Below are positions 22,075-31,839 of a stretch of 64,000 nucleotides of DNA, piece after piece. Location of the stretch: positions 1,088,001 through 1,152,000 of the forward strand of contig CAVQKE010000004.1 of the NCBI GenBank assembly GCA_963713045.1, read 5' to 3'. The DNA is from an uncultured delta proteobacterium. GTDB lineage: Bacteria > Myxococcota > Myxococcia > Myxococcales > Myxococcaceae. The notes below the pieces were generated by a model. It was not told the DNA's origin. It did no database searches and saw only the letters and a program-made list of their open reading frames with translations. Numbering within the stretch: position 1 is the first letter of the stretch; each line of letters opens with the position of its first letter. A program made the position numbers and the translations under genes.

Positions 22075-23875
22075 GGCCCAAGGCCGGTCGCGGCCCTTCC
22101 TCGGACGCTTGGCGATGGCAGGACTGCTGGCCCTCGGGACCACCGAGGCGCTGTACCGCGCCGCCATCGGGAGGTCCCCACTCCACCTTCCGCGCCAGCT
22201 GGCCTTCCGCCTTGCCGTGGAGCTTCGTCCCTATGCGCTGGCGCGCGCGTGGGCTGTCCAGCACCCGGGAATGCTGGCCGGGTGCGCACTCGCCGCCGCT
22301 GGCCTCGTGGCGCTTGTCTTTCGCCAGGGCCTCATTGTGCTGAGTGCAGCCAAGGCCCACCTCAGCGGCACGGCGGTCCCGGCGGTGGACTTCAGCTTCC
22401 CAGCGCACACCGTGGACGTCGTCCGGGAAATCTCCCGGCGCCCGAAGGGCCACTCCTTCGTCGGACTGACGCCCAAGCGCAGCGTCCTCGGCTGGCGATG
22501 GAAAGCGGTGTACCTGTCCCCGCGGCAGAAGACGACGCACCGCCACGTCATCGGGAAGACGGGAAGCGGGAAGACGACCAGCATCCTCTGGCCAAGCGTC
22601 TTGCAGGACGCCCTGGACGGCAAAGGCGTGCTGGTGCTGTCGGCCAAAGGCTCCGACGAAGAAATCGGCATGATGAAGGCCATCGCCGCGCTCTGCCGCC
22701 GCCAGGCGCAGCTGCGCGTCTTCTCACTGCCGGCGTGGAATGTCCCGGAGCTCTTCACCCATGCCTACAACATGCTGTACGTCCGCCCGCGCACGCTGAA
22801 GTCCCCGGGTGGGGACCCAGTGGCCACTGCGCAGCGCGTCTTCTCCGTGCTGCCGATGGGCGACAACGTTTTCTACAAGACGCAGGCCGAGGTGATGTTC
22901 ACCAACCTCTGCCGGCTATTGCACGGCATGGTGGACGCCTCGGGCACCGGGATTCCCTTCGTCCTGCGCGACGTCTCGGTGTGCCTGAAAGCCATTGGCA
23001 ACAGCGGCGGTTGGGCGCGCGCTCTGCGGCACTGTCTGGACGCCTCGGTCGACAGAGAAGCAGCAGCCCAGGTGCGTGCCCAAGTGAAACAGCTCGACCG
23101 CGACGTCCTCAAGGCGCTGTCGGGCATTGTCGGCGCGCTGGACAAATTCCAGAGCGACGTCGTCAACGCCTACGCCCCGGACATCGTCCTCGAGGACATC
23201 CTCGAGACCAATGGCCTGGTGTACGTGCAGCTGCCGGCCAACCTGTTCCGCATTCAGGCGCCAGCCCTGGGCAAAGTCATTCTGATGGACGTCCAGCACG
23301 AGGGCAGCCTGCGGCAAGTCTTCCGTCGGGCGCGCAACCAACGGCCGTTCAGCGTGACGGTGGACGAGTTTTACAACTTTGCGGACCGCAGCATCGTCGA
23401 TAGCCTCAACAAGCTGCGCGACGCCAACCTCGAATACACCCTGGCCCACCAGTCCCTCGCCGACTTGGAGCTGGTGTCGCGGGAGTTCGCGACTGCAGTC
23501 TGGGACAACACCCGCACCAAGCATGTCCTCAGCCAGGACAACCCAGAGCTGTGCGAGCGCATCGCCAAGTCCATTGGCACCCACCACGTGAAAGAATTGA
23601 CGGTGCGCCGCCGGGAGGGCCCGTTGGCGACCAGCTTGCCCACCGGCGAGGCGCAGGCCCGTCAGGTGGAGGCCTACCGTCTGCACCCCAACTGCATCAA
23701 AAACCTCGCCCGCTGCGGCCAGGGCTACTTGCTGTCCGACGACGGCCTGTGGCCGCTGGTCTACGGCATGCTGCCACAGCTGCGCGCGGACTACCCGCTG
23801 GTCCGAAAGGACCAGAAGTCCGCCCCCGGACTGCGGCTGTACGACACCTTCATCGCCGAAGCGGGTGGCCGCTAG
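22067..23875 (+). CDS. Type IV coupling protein (VirD4/TraD-like)
   Basis: N-terminal TMs; Walker A HRHVIGKTGSGKT; Walker B VTVDEF; LAHQSLADL; CERIAKSIGT. Confidence 0.9.
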   Translation: MSRAQGRSRPFLGRLAMAGLLALGTTEALYRAAIGRSPLHLPRQLAFRLAVELRPYALARAWAVQHPGMLAGCALAAAGLVALVFRQGLIVLSAAKAHLSGTAVPAVDFSFPAHTVDVVREISRRPKGHSFVGLTPKRSVLGWRWKAVYLSPRQKTTHRHVIGKTGSGKTTSILWPSVLQDALDGKGVLVLSAKGSDEEIGMMKAIAALCRRQAQLRVFSLPAWNVPELFTHAYNMLYVRPRTLKSPGGDPVATAQRVFSVLPMGDNVFYKTQAEVMFTNLCRLLHGMVDASGTGIPFVLRDVSVCLKAIGNSGGWARALRHCLDASVDREAAAQVRAQVKQLDRDVLKALSGIVGALDKFQSDVVNAYAPDIVLEDILETNGLVYVQLPANLFRIQAPALGKVILMDVQHEGSLRQVFRRARNQRPFSVTVDEFYNFADRSIVDSLNKLRDANLEYTLAHQSLADLELVSREFATAVWDNTRTKHVLSQDNPELCERIAKSIGTHHVKELTVRRREGPLATSLPTGEAQARQVEAYRLHPNCIKNLARCGQGYLLSDDGLWPLVYGMLPQLRADYPLVRKDQKSAPGLRLYDTFIAEAGGR

Positions 23876-23907
23876 CCTCCGGCAGCCGCCCCTCGGCAGG
23901 CCGAAGG

Positions 23908-23935
23908 TGTGAGATTTCGGTCGCTCCCGCGAATC
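23908..23935 (+). promoter_or_regulatory. Possible autoregulated ECF promoter
   Basis: TGTGAG-N16-CGAATC just upstream of an ECF sigma gene; positional inference only. Confidence 0.3.
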
Positions 23936-23972
23936 ATCCGGGTGAAGGACGCTTTCTGCCTCCACCTTTCCC

Positions 23973-24482
23973 ATGCCCACCCCCCACCCACAGGAACGCT
24001 TCCTGGCCCTCCTCGAGGAGCACCGGCGCCTCCTCTATAAGGTGGCACGGGCCTACGGCCGGACCGCCCCGGACCGGGAGGACTTGGTTCAGGAGATGGC
24101 CGCCCAAGCCTGGAAGTCCTTCCCCCGCTATGACGCGCACTGGCGCTTCTCCACCTGGCTGTACCGCATCGCCCTCAACGTCGCCATTTCGTTTCAGCGC
24201 CGGGAAAGCACGAGAGCCAGGCACATGGATGACGGGGCGGTTGCGGTGGACGGCCTCGGCCAGGCCGACGCCGAGGCGCCGGAGGACGTCGCGCTGCTCT
24301 ACCGCTTCATTGGCCGCCTCGACGACTTCAACCGCGCGCTGATGCTGATGTACCTCGACGGCCAAAGCCAAGCCGAGATTGCCGAAGTGCTGGGCATCAG
24401 CGTCCCCAACGTCTCGACCCGGGTGGGACGCCTCAAGGCGAGGCTTCGGGAAGACTTTCGCGCCGTCGGTAACCTCGAATGA
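23973..24482 (+). CDS. ECF RNA polymerase sigma factor
   Basis: EDLVQE, FSTWLYRIALN, EIAEVLGISVPNV. Confidence 0.93.
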   Translation: MPTPHPQERFLALLEEHRRLLYKVARAYGRTAPDREDLVQEMAAQAWKSFPRYDAHWRFSTWLYRIALNVAISFQRRESTRARHMDDGAVAVDGLGQADAEAPEDVALLYRFIGRLDDFNRALMLMYLDGQSQAEIAEVLGISVPNVSTRVGRLKARLREDFRAVGNLE

Positions 24483-24500
24483 CAGCAAGGAGATGACACC

Positions 24501-25163
24501 ATGGAATTGGACGAATTTCAGACGCGCTGGGCCGGCCAGGACGTGAAATTGGAGCAGCTGCTCCGCCTCACGCTTCGCCAGGGCCCGTTGCGGCGGGTGC
24601 GCTCGGCCCTGCAGCGGCTTCGGACCGGCCTTGCCATCGAGGTGGCCATCAACGCGCTGGCCGTCTTCGCCCTCGGCGCCTTCATCGCCGACCACCTGGG
24701 CGCAGTGCGCTTCCTCCTTCCGGCGGTGGTGCTCGACGTGGCGGCGGTGGCCCTGGTGGCCACCACCGCTCGCCAGTGGTTCCTGGCGGGTGAGGTGGAC
24801 TACGACGGCCCGGTGACGGTGAGCCAGCGCCAGCTGGAGCGTCTGCGGGTGCTGAGAATCCGCGAGACGAAGTGGGTGCTCCTGCTGTCGCCCCTGCTGT
24901 GGACGCCGCTTCTCATCGTCGCGCTGCAGGCACTCTTCGGCCTGGATGCCTACACGGCGCTCGGAACGCCGTACCTCTGCGCCAACCTGCTCTTCGGCGT
25001 CGCATTCATTCCTCTCATGCGGTGGGGGGCCCGCCGCTGGGGACCGCGCCTGGAGGAAAGCGGCTGGGCTCGACGCTGGGCGCAGGCCCTCGCCGGCACC
25101 AGTCTCACCGAAGCGTTGGGCCGGCTCGCCTCCATTGCGGACTTCGAGCAGCCTCAGGCCTGA
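24501..25163 (+). CDS. Multi-TM membrane protein, probable anti-sigma factor
   Basis: MELDEFQTRW N-terminus, about 4 TM, directly after the ECF; AAGGAGA RBS. Confidence 0.7.
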   Translation: MELDEFQTRWAGQDVKLEQLLRLTLRQGPLRRVRSALQRLRTGLAIEVAINALAVFALGAFIADHLGAVRFLLPAVVLDVAAVALVATTARQWFLAGEVDYDGPVTVSQRQLERLRVLRIRETKWVLLLSPLLWTPLLIVALQALFGLDAYTALGTPYLCANLLFGVAFIPLMRWGARRWGPRLEESGWARRWAQALAGTSLTEALGRLASIADFEQPQA

Positions 25164-25239
25164 CAGCGGGTGCTGGGGGGAGGCGTCCACCGGCGACGCC
25201 CCCGCTTGACTCGACTCCACCGCCGCATGGCAGAAGGAA

Positions 25240-27155
25240 ATGGTGAACGCTTCGCTGAATCTGGGTGCCCCTTCCTCCCCGCCGCTCGATGCCACCCATC
25301 GAGCGGCCGTCGCGCTGGCTGAAGCCATCATCCCCGGCACTTCCCTCATCCCCCCCGCCGACGAGCGGACGGCGCACGCTGCCGCCCAAGTCATGACGCA
25401 AGTCTCGCCGCGGGTGGGCATGGCCTGGTCCGCAGCACTGCGGACGCTCGACGCTGCGGCGCGCTTGCGCACCGGGCGCCCCTTTCATGCCCTGTCCGCC
25501 ACGGCGCAAGACGAGCTGCTCGCCCGCTGGGAGCGCGACCCCCTGTTGAAGACGCCATTGATGATGGTGTCGTTCGTCTACAAGCTGGTGCACTTTGATG
25601 CACCGCACGTCCTGCGGGCGATGGGCGCGAAGGCGAAGCCGCCGCTGCAGGTCACCCAGCCCCGCTGGATGGAGCAAGTCCAGGCCGCCGACAGCTGGAC
25701 CGGCGGTGACGTCGACTGCGACGTGGTGGTGGTGGGCACCGGGGCAGGAGGCGGCGTGGTGGGCTATGAGCTTGCCGAGCGCGGCCATGCGGTGGTGTTC
25801 GTCGAGGAGGGGCAGCTGCACCAGCGGCACGACTTCGACGGCAGCAGCGTGCGCGCGCTCGGGCGCTTCTACCGTCCCGCCTTCTCGGTGGGGAACGCCT
25901 TCATCCCCATCTTCTCCGGCCGGCTGGTGGGCGGCTCGACAGCCATCAACGGTGGCACGGCCTTCCGCACTCCGGGCTGGGTGCTGGACCGCTGGTGCGA
26001 GGAGCTCGGCACCGACGAATTCTTGGCCAGCCGCATGGCGCCCTACTTCGAACGGGTGGAGGCGCACCTCGGGGTCGGCCTGTCCGCCCGCCGCTTCGTT
26101 GGCCCCATCGCCGACGTCTTTCAACGGGGCTGCGACGCCCTCGGCTGGAAGCATGCGCTTTTGCGCCGCAACGCCCCGGGCTGCGAGGCCTCCGGCTTCT
26201 GCGACTTTGGCTGTCGCACCGACGCCCGCCGCAGCACCAACGTCGCCTACCTGCCTCCGGCGCTGGAACGTGGCTCGATGCTTTTCACCGGGCTGAAGGC
26301 AGAGCAACTTCTTCAGGAAAACGGCAGGGCGGTCGGCATTGAGGGCAGCACCGCCAACGGCCAGCGGCTCCGGGTCCGCGCCAAGGCCGTCATCCTCGCC
26401 GCCGGCACCCTCGCCACGCCGCTGTTCCTCCTGAAGCAAGCCCTCAGCAACTCCAGCGGACAGGTGGGACGAAACCTGACGCTGCACCCCAGCGCCGTCG
26501 TCTCGGCAACCTTCGACGAGGAGATTCGCCCCTTCGACTTCATTCCCCAAGGCGTGGCCTCCGAGGAATTCCTCCGCGAGGGAATCCTGCTGCTGGCCGC
26601 TCAAGCCAGCCACAATGTGTACGGCACGTTTTTCCCGGGAAACGGGCGGCGCCTGATGGAACCGCTCTCGCAGCTGGCCCACATGGCGTCGCTCGGGCCC
26701 TTGGCCACCGACGCCACCCGCAATGGACGGGTGTTTCGCGAAGTCCGGGGGCTGCCCGTCATCCACTACTCCCTCTCAGGCAAGGATGTGGCTCGCCTCC
26801 AGCGCGGGCTCCTCCTCAGCATGGAAATGATGGTTGCCGCTGGGGCACGCCACCTCTACCCGGGCGTGCTGAGCCACCCCAGCCTCGACCCAAAGCGCGG
26901 CCTCGACGCCTTTCGCAAGGCGGACCTTGCCCCCGCAGCTTGGTCTTGGGCAGTTACCATCCCCTCGGGACGTGCGACATGGGCACCGACCCCGGCACCA
27001 GTGTGGTGGGACTGGACCACCAGTCCCACGACGTGCCGGGCCTCTTCATCGTCGACGGCAGCACAGTGCGGGGGCCACTGGGCGTCAATCCGCAGATGAC
27101 CATCATGGCCATGGCCGTCCGCGCCGCCGAGAAAATTCACCCGCAACTGGGCTAG
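25240..27155 (+). CDS. GMC family FAD oxidoreductase (long-chain alcohol oxidase-like), frameshifted near 26930
   Basis: GTGAGG FAD motif, GGSTAING, C..CDFGC, VGRNLTLHP; catalytic C-terminus (YHPLGT, GVNPQMTI) lies in another frame. Confidence 0.85.
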
Positions 27156-27185
27156 GCCTGGGGCCGACGGCAGGTCGGGCTGCAG

Positions 27186-28784
27186 TCAGCTGAAGAAGGC
27201 GCGCAGCTTCTGGATGCGCCGCCGCATCAGCATCGGCAGCCTCCAAGCGCGCTCCACCCGGCCGGTCTGCAGGTCAGCCAGCACCTCGCCCAGCTCGACC
27301 AGCGTCGAGTCGTAGGGCATCCAGAAAAGTTCCGGCTTGTGCCAGCGGTCCACCACCGTGGTGCGTGGCCGCAGAAAGGTGCTCAGCGCGAAGGTGCTGT
27401 TTGCCACCCCGAAGCCGGTGGCCCGGGTGCCGGTCCAGGGCAGACTCGGCACCGCCCCGGTGAAGGCGTGGTTGTTGATGCTCACCACGCCAAATTCCAG
27501 CCGCTCGGCCAGACGCTGGCCACGTGCCACGTCGCTCGTCCAGAGGGAGGCGCCGAGTCCATACCGCAGGTGGTTGGCAGCACGGATGGCCTCCACCGGC
27601 CCGTCCACCCGCACCACGGCCAGCACCGGCCCGAAGGTTTCCTCCTGGACGACGGCCATCGAGTCGGTGCAGTGGTCGAGCAGCGTCGGCGCGTACCACA
27701 GGCCCTTGTCCAGTGGTGCGCCACCGCAGATGACGGTGGCACCGCGGGCCTTGGCGTCTTCCACCTGCGCCTGGACCACCTCGAATTGGCGGCGGTTGCC
27801 CATCGGCGCAACGTCGGTGGCCGAGCCGTGGCCCGGGCCGACGCGCAGCTGGGTCCACGCCTCGCGCATCCGGGCCACGAAGCGGTCGGCCACGGCGCGG
27901 TCGACGTAGGCAATCTCAATGGCGCCGCAGGCCTGGCCGGCGTTGCTCAGCGCCCAATGGGTGATGCCGGCCACGGTGCGCTCCAGGTCGCAGTCGGCAA
28001 GGACGATGGCCGGGTCCTTGCCGCCCATTTCCACGCTGCAAGGGATGCCCAGTTCAGCGCAGCGCACCTGGACTTTGTGCCCGGTATGGGTTGACCCAGT
28101 GAAGACACAGGCGTCGGGTTTGGCGTCGAGAAGCGCCGCGCCAACCTCCCCTGCCCCGCGCGCCACCTGCACCAGCCCCGGGGGTAGGTGGTCTTCCAAC
28201 AGCTGAGCGAACCAGCTGCTGCTCCGCGGCGTGTATTCACTGGGCTTGAGGATGATGGCGTTGCCCGCCATCAGCGCCGGGAAAACCGAGCGGTACAGGC
28301 CGGCCACCGGGTAATTCCAGGGGGCGATGATGGCGATGAGGCCACGGGGGACCAAGTCGAGGTAGGCGCGCTTGCCCGGAAAGGACATCCGGTTGAGGCG
28401 CACCCTGCGCCGGCGGAGGGCGTCCCGAAGCAGCACGCCCCAACCCTTCACCGCGTCCAGAGGCCCCAGCGTCTCGTTGAAGAGGGCCTCGGCTTCCACC
28501 TTCCCCATCTCCTCCTCAAGCAGTGCCATCGCCTCCTGGCGGCGCTGCAACATCTCCCGGGCGGCACGCAGAAAATGCGGCAACCGCTCGCTGAAGCGCT
28601 TCTGGCGCCAGGCTTCCTGGGCGGCGCGCCCCCGGGCCACCATCTCCGCCAGCGCCTCCAGCGGCGTGGCCGGCACCGGGTCAAGCACCCGGAGGTCCCG
28701 GGGGGACAACCGCGTAAGCTCCGCTTTGGGGGTTTGGAGAAGCTCCAACGAGGCCCGCTCCGTGAGTGTTTCCGTCTGCGACAC
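27186..28784 (-). CDS. Aldehyde dehydrogenase
   Basis: PWNYP, LKPSE, FTGS, EMGGKD, AGQAC, EETFGP. Confidence 0.95.
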   Translation of the reverse strand: MSQTETLTERASLELLQTPKAELTRLSPRDLRVLDPVPATPLEALAEMVARGRAAQEAWRQKRFSERLPHFLRAAREMLQRRQEAMALLEEEMGKVEAEALFNETLGPLDAVKGWGVLLRDALRRRRVRLNRMSFPGKRAYLDLVPRGLIAIIAPWNYPVAGLYRSVFPALMAGNAIILKPSEYTPRSSSWFAQLLEDHLPPGLVQVARGAGEVGAALLDAKPDACVFTGSTHTGHKVQVRCAELGIPCSVEMGGKDPAIVLADCDLERTVAGITHWALSNAGQACGAIEIAYVDRAVADRFVARMREAWTQLRVGPGHGSATDVAPMGNRRQFEVVQAQVEDAKARGATVICGGAPLDKGLWYAPTLLDHCTDSMAVVQEETFGPVLAVVRVDGPVEAIRAANHLRYGLGASLWTSDVARGQRLAERLEFGVVSINNHAFTGAVPSLPWTGTRATGFGVANSTFALSTFLRPRTTVVDRWHKPELFWMPYDSTLVELGEVLADLQTGRVERAWRLPMLMRRRIQKLRAFFS

Positions 28785-29005
28785 CGGCTTTCAGCTCCTG
28801 GCGCGCCCTTTGCGAGCGACTCGCAATTCGTGAACGCGCGCCGCCTGCCAGCGACGAGAAGCTTGCGCGCGCGAAGCGCTCCTCCTATAGCATGGGCCCG
28901 CCATTAAGGAGGTCTTCCGGCGGCCCCAACCGGGGAAACCAGCTTCTAGTTGCCGCTGCCTTGAAGGAGATGGTAGGCAGCGATGCCTTTGAGCCCCCCC
29001 TTTCC

Positions 29006-30586
29006 ATGAAGACCCTTTTTGGCGCAGGCGCCATCGGCCCACTGGCTTGGACCGCGGCGACTGCGCGCGTACTTAATTGGAACCGCACAGTCAGCGACCG
29101 ACAGCGCCTGCGGGACGTCCAACTCGCAACCCTCAAGCGCAATTGTGAGACCGCCCGGGATACCGAGTTCGGCCAAGGCCACCGCCTTGGCGAGGTGACC
29201 TGCTACGAGGATTTCCGGGAGCGCGTGCCCTTGAGGACGTACGCCGCCTTTGAGCCTTACCTCGAGCGGATGCGCCAGGGCGAGCGCGACGTGCTGTGGC
29301 CCGGCCTCATCAAATACTTCGGCCAGTCCTCCGGCAGCTCCAACACCCTCGCGCAGAACAAACACCTCCCCATCTCCGACGAGCAAATCCGGTGGCAGCA
29401 GAAGGCCGGGTTCGACATTGTGGCGCGCTACGTGACTCAAGTCGGCAACGCCCGCTTCCTGGGCGGCTACAGCCTCGGACTGTTTCCGCCCTCCACGCTC
29501 AAGGCAGAAGGCGACGTCCTCGGGACGACCAACCCCGGGCTGATGCAGCGGCACATTCCCTGGCCCATCTCGAGTTCCGTGCTGCCCACCGCCGAACTCC
29601 GGGATATCCCGAATTACGACGAAAAGCTTCAGAAGCTGGCGGCCGCTTACCTCGATTACGACATCCGTGCGGTCTCCGGGACGACCTGTTGGTTCTCGGT
29701 ATTTTTCGATAAGGTGCTTGCCGCTGCGCAAGCGCGGGGGCGCCCGGTGAGAACCGTCGCCGAGCTCTGGCCGAACCTGTCCGTCCTGTTTGGAGGCGGC
29801 GTCAACGCCGAGGCATACCGGCGCGTCATCGAGAAGCGCGTCGGACGTCCGGTGGTCCTCATGGACAATTACAACGCCACCGAGGGTGGCATTTTCGCCA
29901 TCACCGACCGACTGGGCCGACACGGCCTGTTGATGCTTCCCGACCGGGGCGTCTTCTTCGAATTCGTCCCGGCTGCCGACCACGCCAAGCCCAACGCGCG
30001 GCGCTGTGCGCTGTGGGAGGTGGAGGAGGGCGTCGACTACAGCATCGCCGTCAGCACCGCCTCGGGCCTCTTTGGCTACTACATCGGCGATTTGGTCCGC
30101 TTCCAAAGTCTCTTCCCGCACCGCATGGAATTTGTCGGACGGACCAACGGGGTCCTCTCGCTGACCCAGGAACTCACCTCCTACGCCGAGATTGAGCGCG
30201 CCATGGACGCCGCCGTCCGGGCCTGCGGTTGTTCGGTGGTGGAATTTTCCGCGGCCGCCGAGGTGGGGGTCGACGGCAGCGCCAAGGGTCGCTACCAGCT
30301 CTTCGTCGAATTCGAGAAAATCCCCTCGGACCCGCGGCGTTTCGCCTCCGCGTTTGACGAGAGTCTGTGCGCTCAAAACCGAGTGTACCGGGAGCACCGC
30401 ACAAAGGACGTAGCCATCCTGGCTCCGGCCCTGTTTGCGGTTTCCCCCGGAGGTTCAAAGCGCTTCATGGAAGAGATTGGCCGCAACAGTGCGCAACAAA
30501 AGTTTCCGCGCGTGGTCGATGAACTGAAGCGCGACGTGCTCGCAAAATATGCGAGTCCGGTCACATCATCGCAGGGGTTCTCATGA
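29006..30586 (+). CDS. GH3 family acyl-adenylate/amido ligase
   Basis: TEFG..H, SSGSS P-loop, YNATEG, GLFGYYIGD, FVGR, QQKFPR; start uncertain. Confidence 0.88.
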   Translation: MKTLFGAGAIGPLAWTAATARVLNWNRTVSDRQRLRDVQLATLKRNCETARDTEFGQGHRLGEVTCYEDFRERVPLRTYAAFEPYLERMRQGERDVLWPGLIKYFGQSSGSSNTLAQNKHLPISDEQIRWQQKAGFDIVARYVTQVGNARFLGGYSLGLFPPSTLKAEGDVLGTTNPGLMQRHIPWPISSSVLPTAELRDIPNYDEKLQKLAAAYLDYDIRAVSGTTCWFSVFFDKVLAAAQARGRPVRTVAELWPNLSVLFGGGVNAEAYRRVIEKRVGRPVVLMDNYNATEGGIFAITDRLGRHGLLMLPDRGVFFEFVPAADHAKPNARRCALWEVEEGVDYSIAVSTASGLFGYYIGDLVRFQSLFPHRMEFVGRTNGVLSLTQELTSYAEIERAMDAAVRACGCSVVEFSAAAEVGVDGSAKGRYQLFVEFEKIPSDPRRFASAFDESLCAQNRVYREHRTKDVAILAPALFAVSPGGSKRFMEEIGRNSAQQKFPRVVDELKRDVLAKYASPVTSSQGFS

Positions 30587-31782
30587 GTCGGTTGGGTGTT
30601 TGCATCGTAGGCGCAGGTGGAGCCGTGGCCAGCACGGTCATCGCGGGCGTGGCGTTGATGAAGCGCGGCCTGGCTCCCCGAGTGGGAATGGTCACCGAGA
30701 CTGAAGTCGGTAAGCACCTCTCCTGTGCCCCGCTCGACAGCCTGGTGTTCGGCGGCTGGGACCTCCGGGGCGACGACCTCTTCGAGGCGGCCATCCGCGA
30801 GCGCATTGTTCCCGAGCACCTGCTCCGCCAAGTCGAACCGGAGCTCCGGGCCATCAAGCCCTGGCCGGGGGTGGTGTCCTCGAAATTCCTCAAGTCGGCC
30901 TCCGGAAACCACGTGGTGGCGGCACGCAACCAGCGCGAGGAACTGGAGTTCCTCGCCCGGGACGTCAAGGACTTCAAGGCCGCGCACCGCCTCGAGCGCG
31001 TCGTCATCGTCAACCTGACCTCCACCGAGAAGTACGCCGAGGCCTCCGAGGTGCACCGCAGCGTGGCCTCCTTTGAAGCCGGCCTCAACCGCAGCGACGA
31101 GCGGATTAGCCCAGCGATGAAGTTTCTCTACCTGGCGTGCAAGCTGGGCGCACCGCACGTCAACTTCACGCCCAGCCTGACCAAGGTGCCGGCGCTGGAG
31201 ACACTGGCCCAAAACTCCGGCGTTCCCATCGCCGGCGAGGACGGGAAAACAGGCCAGACGTTCCTCAAAACTGCCCTCGCCCCCGCCTTCCGCGTGCGCG
31301 AACTCCAGGTGGAAGGCTGGTTCAGCGCCAACATCCTCGGGAACAACGACGGCAAGGTGCTCGACGACCCGGACAGCAACAAAACCAAGGTGGCCAGCAA
31401 GCTCTCGGTCCTCGACGAGATTCTCGGCTACGAGGTGAGCGACCACCAGGTCCACATCAACTACTACCGGCCGCGGGGTGACGAGAAGGAAGCCTGGGAC
31501 AACATCGACTTGGTGGGCTTCCTTGGTCAGAAGATGCAGCTCAAAATCAACTTCCTGTGCAAGGACTCCATCCTCGCCGCGCCGCTGGTCATCGACTTGG
31601 TGCGCCTCTTGGACGTCGCCCACCGCGCCGGCGAGCGCGGCATCCAGCACCAGCTGTCGCTGTTCTTCAAGGCGCCCTACCACAGCGAGGGTGAGCGCGC
31701 GGTGAACGACCTCTTCAAGCAGTACGTCATGCTGCAGGATTGGGTCGAGAAGCTGACCCGCCGTCCCCGCGCAGCGGTCTAG
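30583..31782 (+). CDS. ino1: Inositol-3-phosphate synthase
   Basis: GAVASTVIAG, GGWD, GEDGKTGQT, NILGNNDG, KEAWDNI, DSILAAPLVIDL. Confidence 0.95.
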   Translation: MSRLGVCIVGAGGAVASTVIAGVALMKRGLAPRVGMVTETEVGKHLSCAPLDSLVFGGWDLRGDDLFEAAIRERIVPEHLLRQVEPELRAIKPWPGVVSSKFLKSASGNHVVAARNQREELEFLARDVKDFKAAHRLERVVIVNLTSTEKYAEASEVHRSVASFEAGLNRSDERISPAMKFLYLACKLGAPHVNFTPSLTKVPALETLAQNSGVPIAGEDGKTGQTFLKTALAPAFRVRELQVEGWFSANILGNNDGKVLDDPDSNKTKVASKLSVLDEILGYEVSDHQVHINYYRPRGDEKEAWDNIDLVGFLGQKMQLKINFLCKDSILAAPLVIDLVRLLDVAHRAGERGIQHQLSLFFKAPYHSEGERAVNDLFKQYVMLQDWVEKLTRRPRAAV

Positions 31783-31839
31783 GGCGCGGTGGCAACAGTG
31801 CCCGCCGCAGGGCGCGACCTCGAGTTGCGCGGAGCCAAC

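Noticed and set aside
20860..23875. Nuclease plus ATPase anti-phage defence pair (HerA-like)
   Set aside because: The ATPase has N-terminal TMs and T4CP motifs and a VirB operon is nearby, so conjugation fits better
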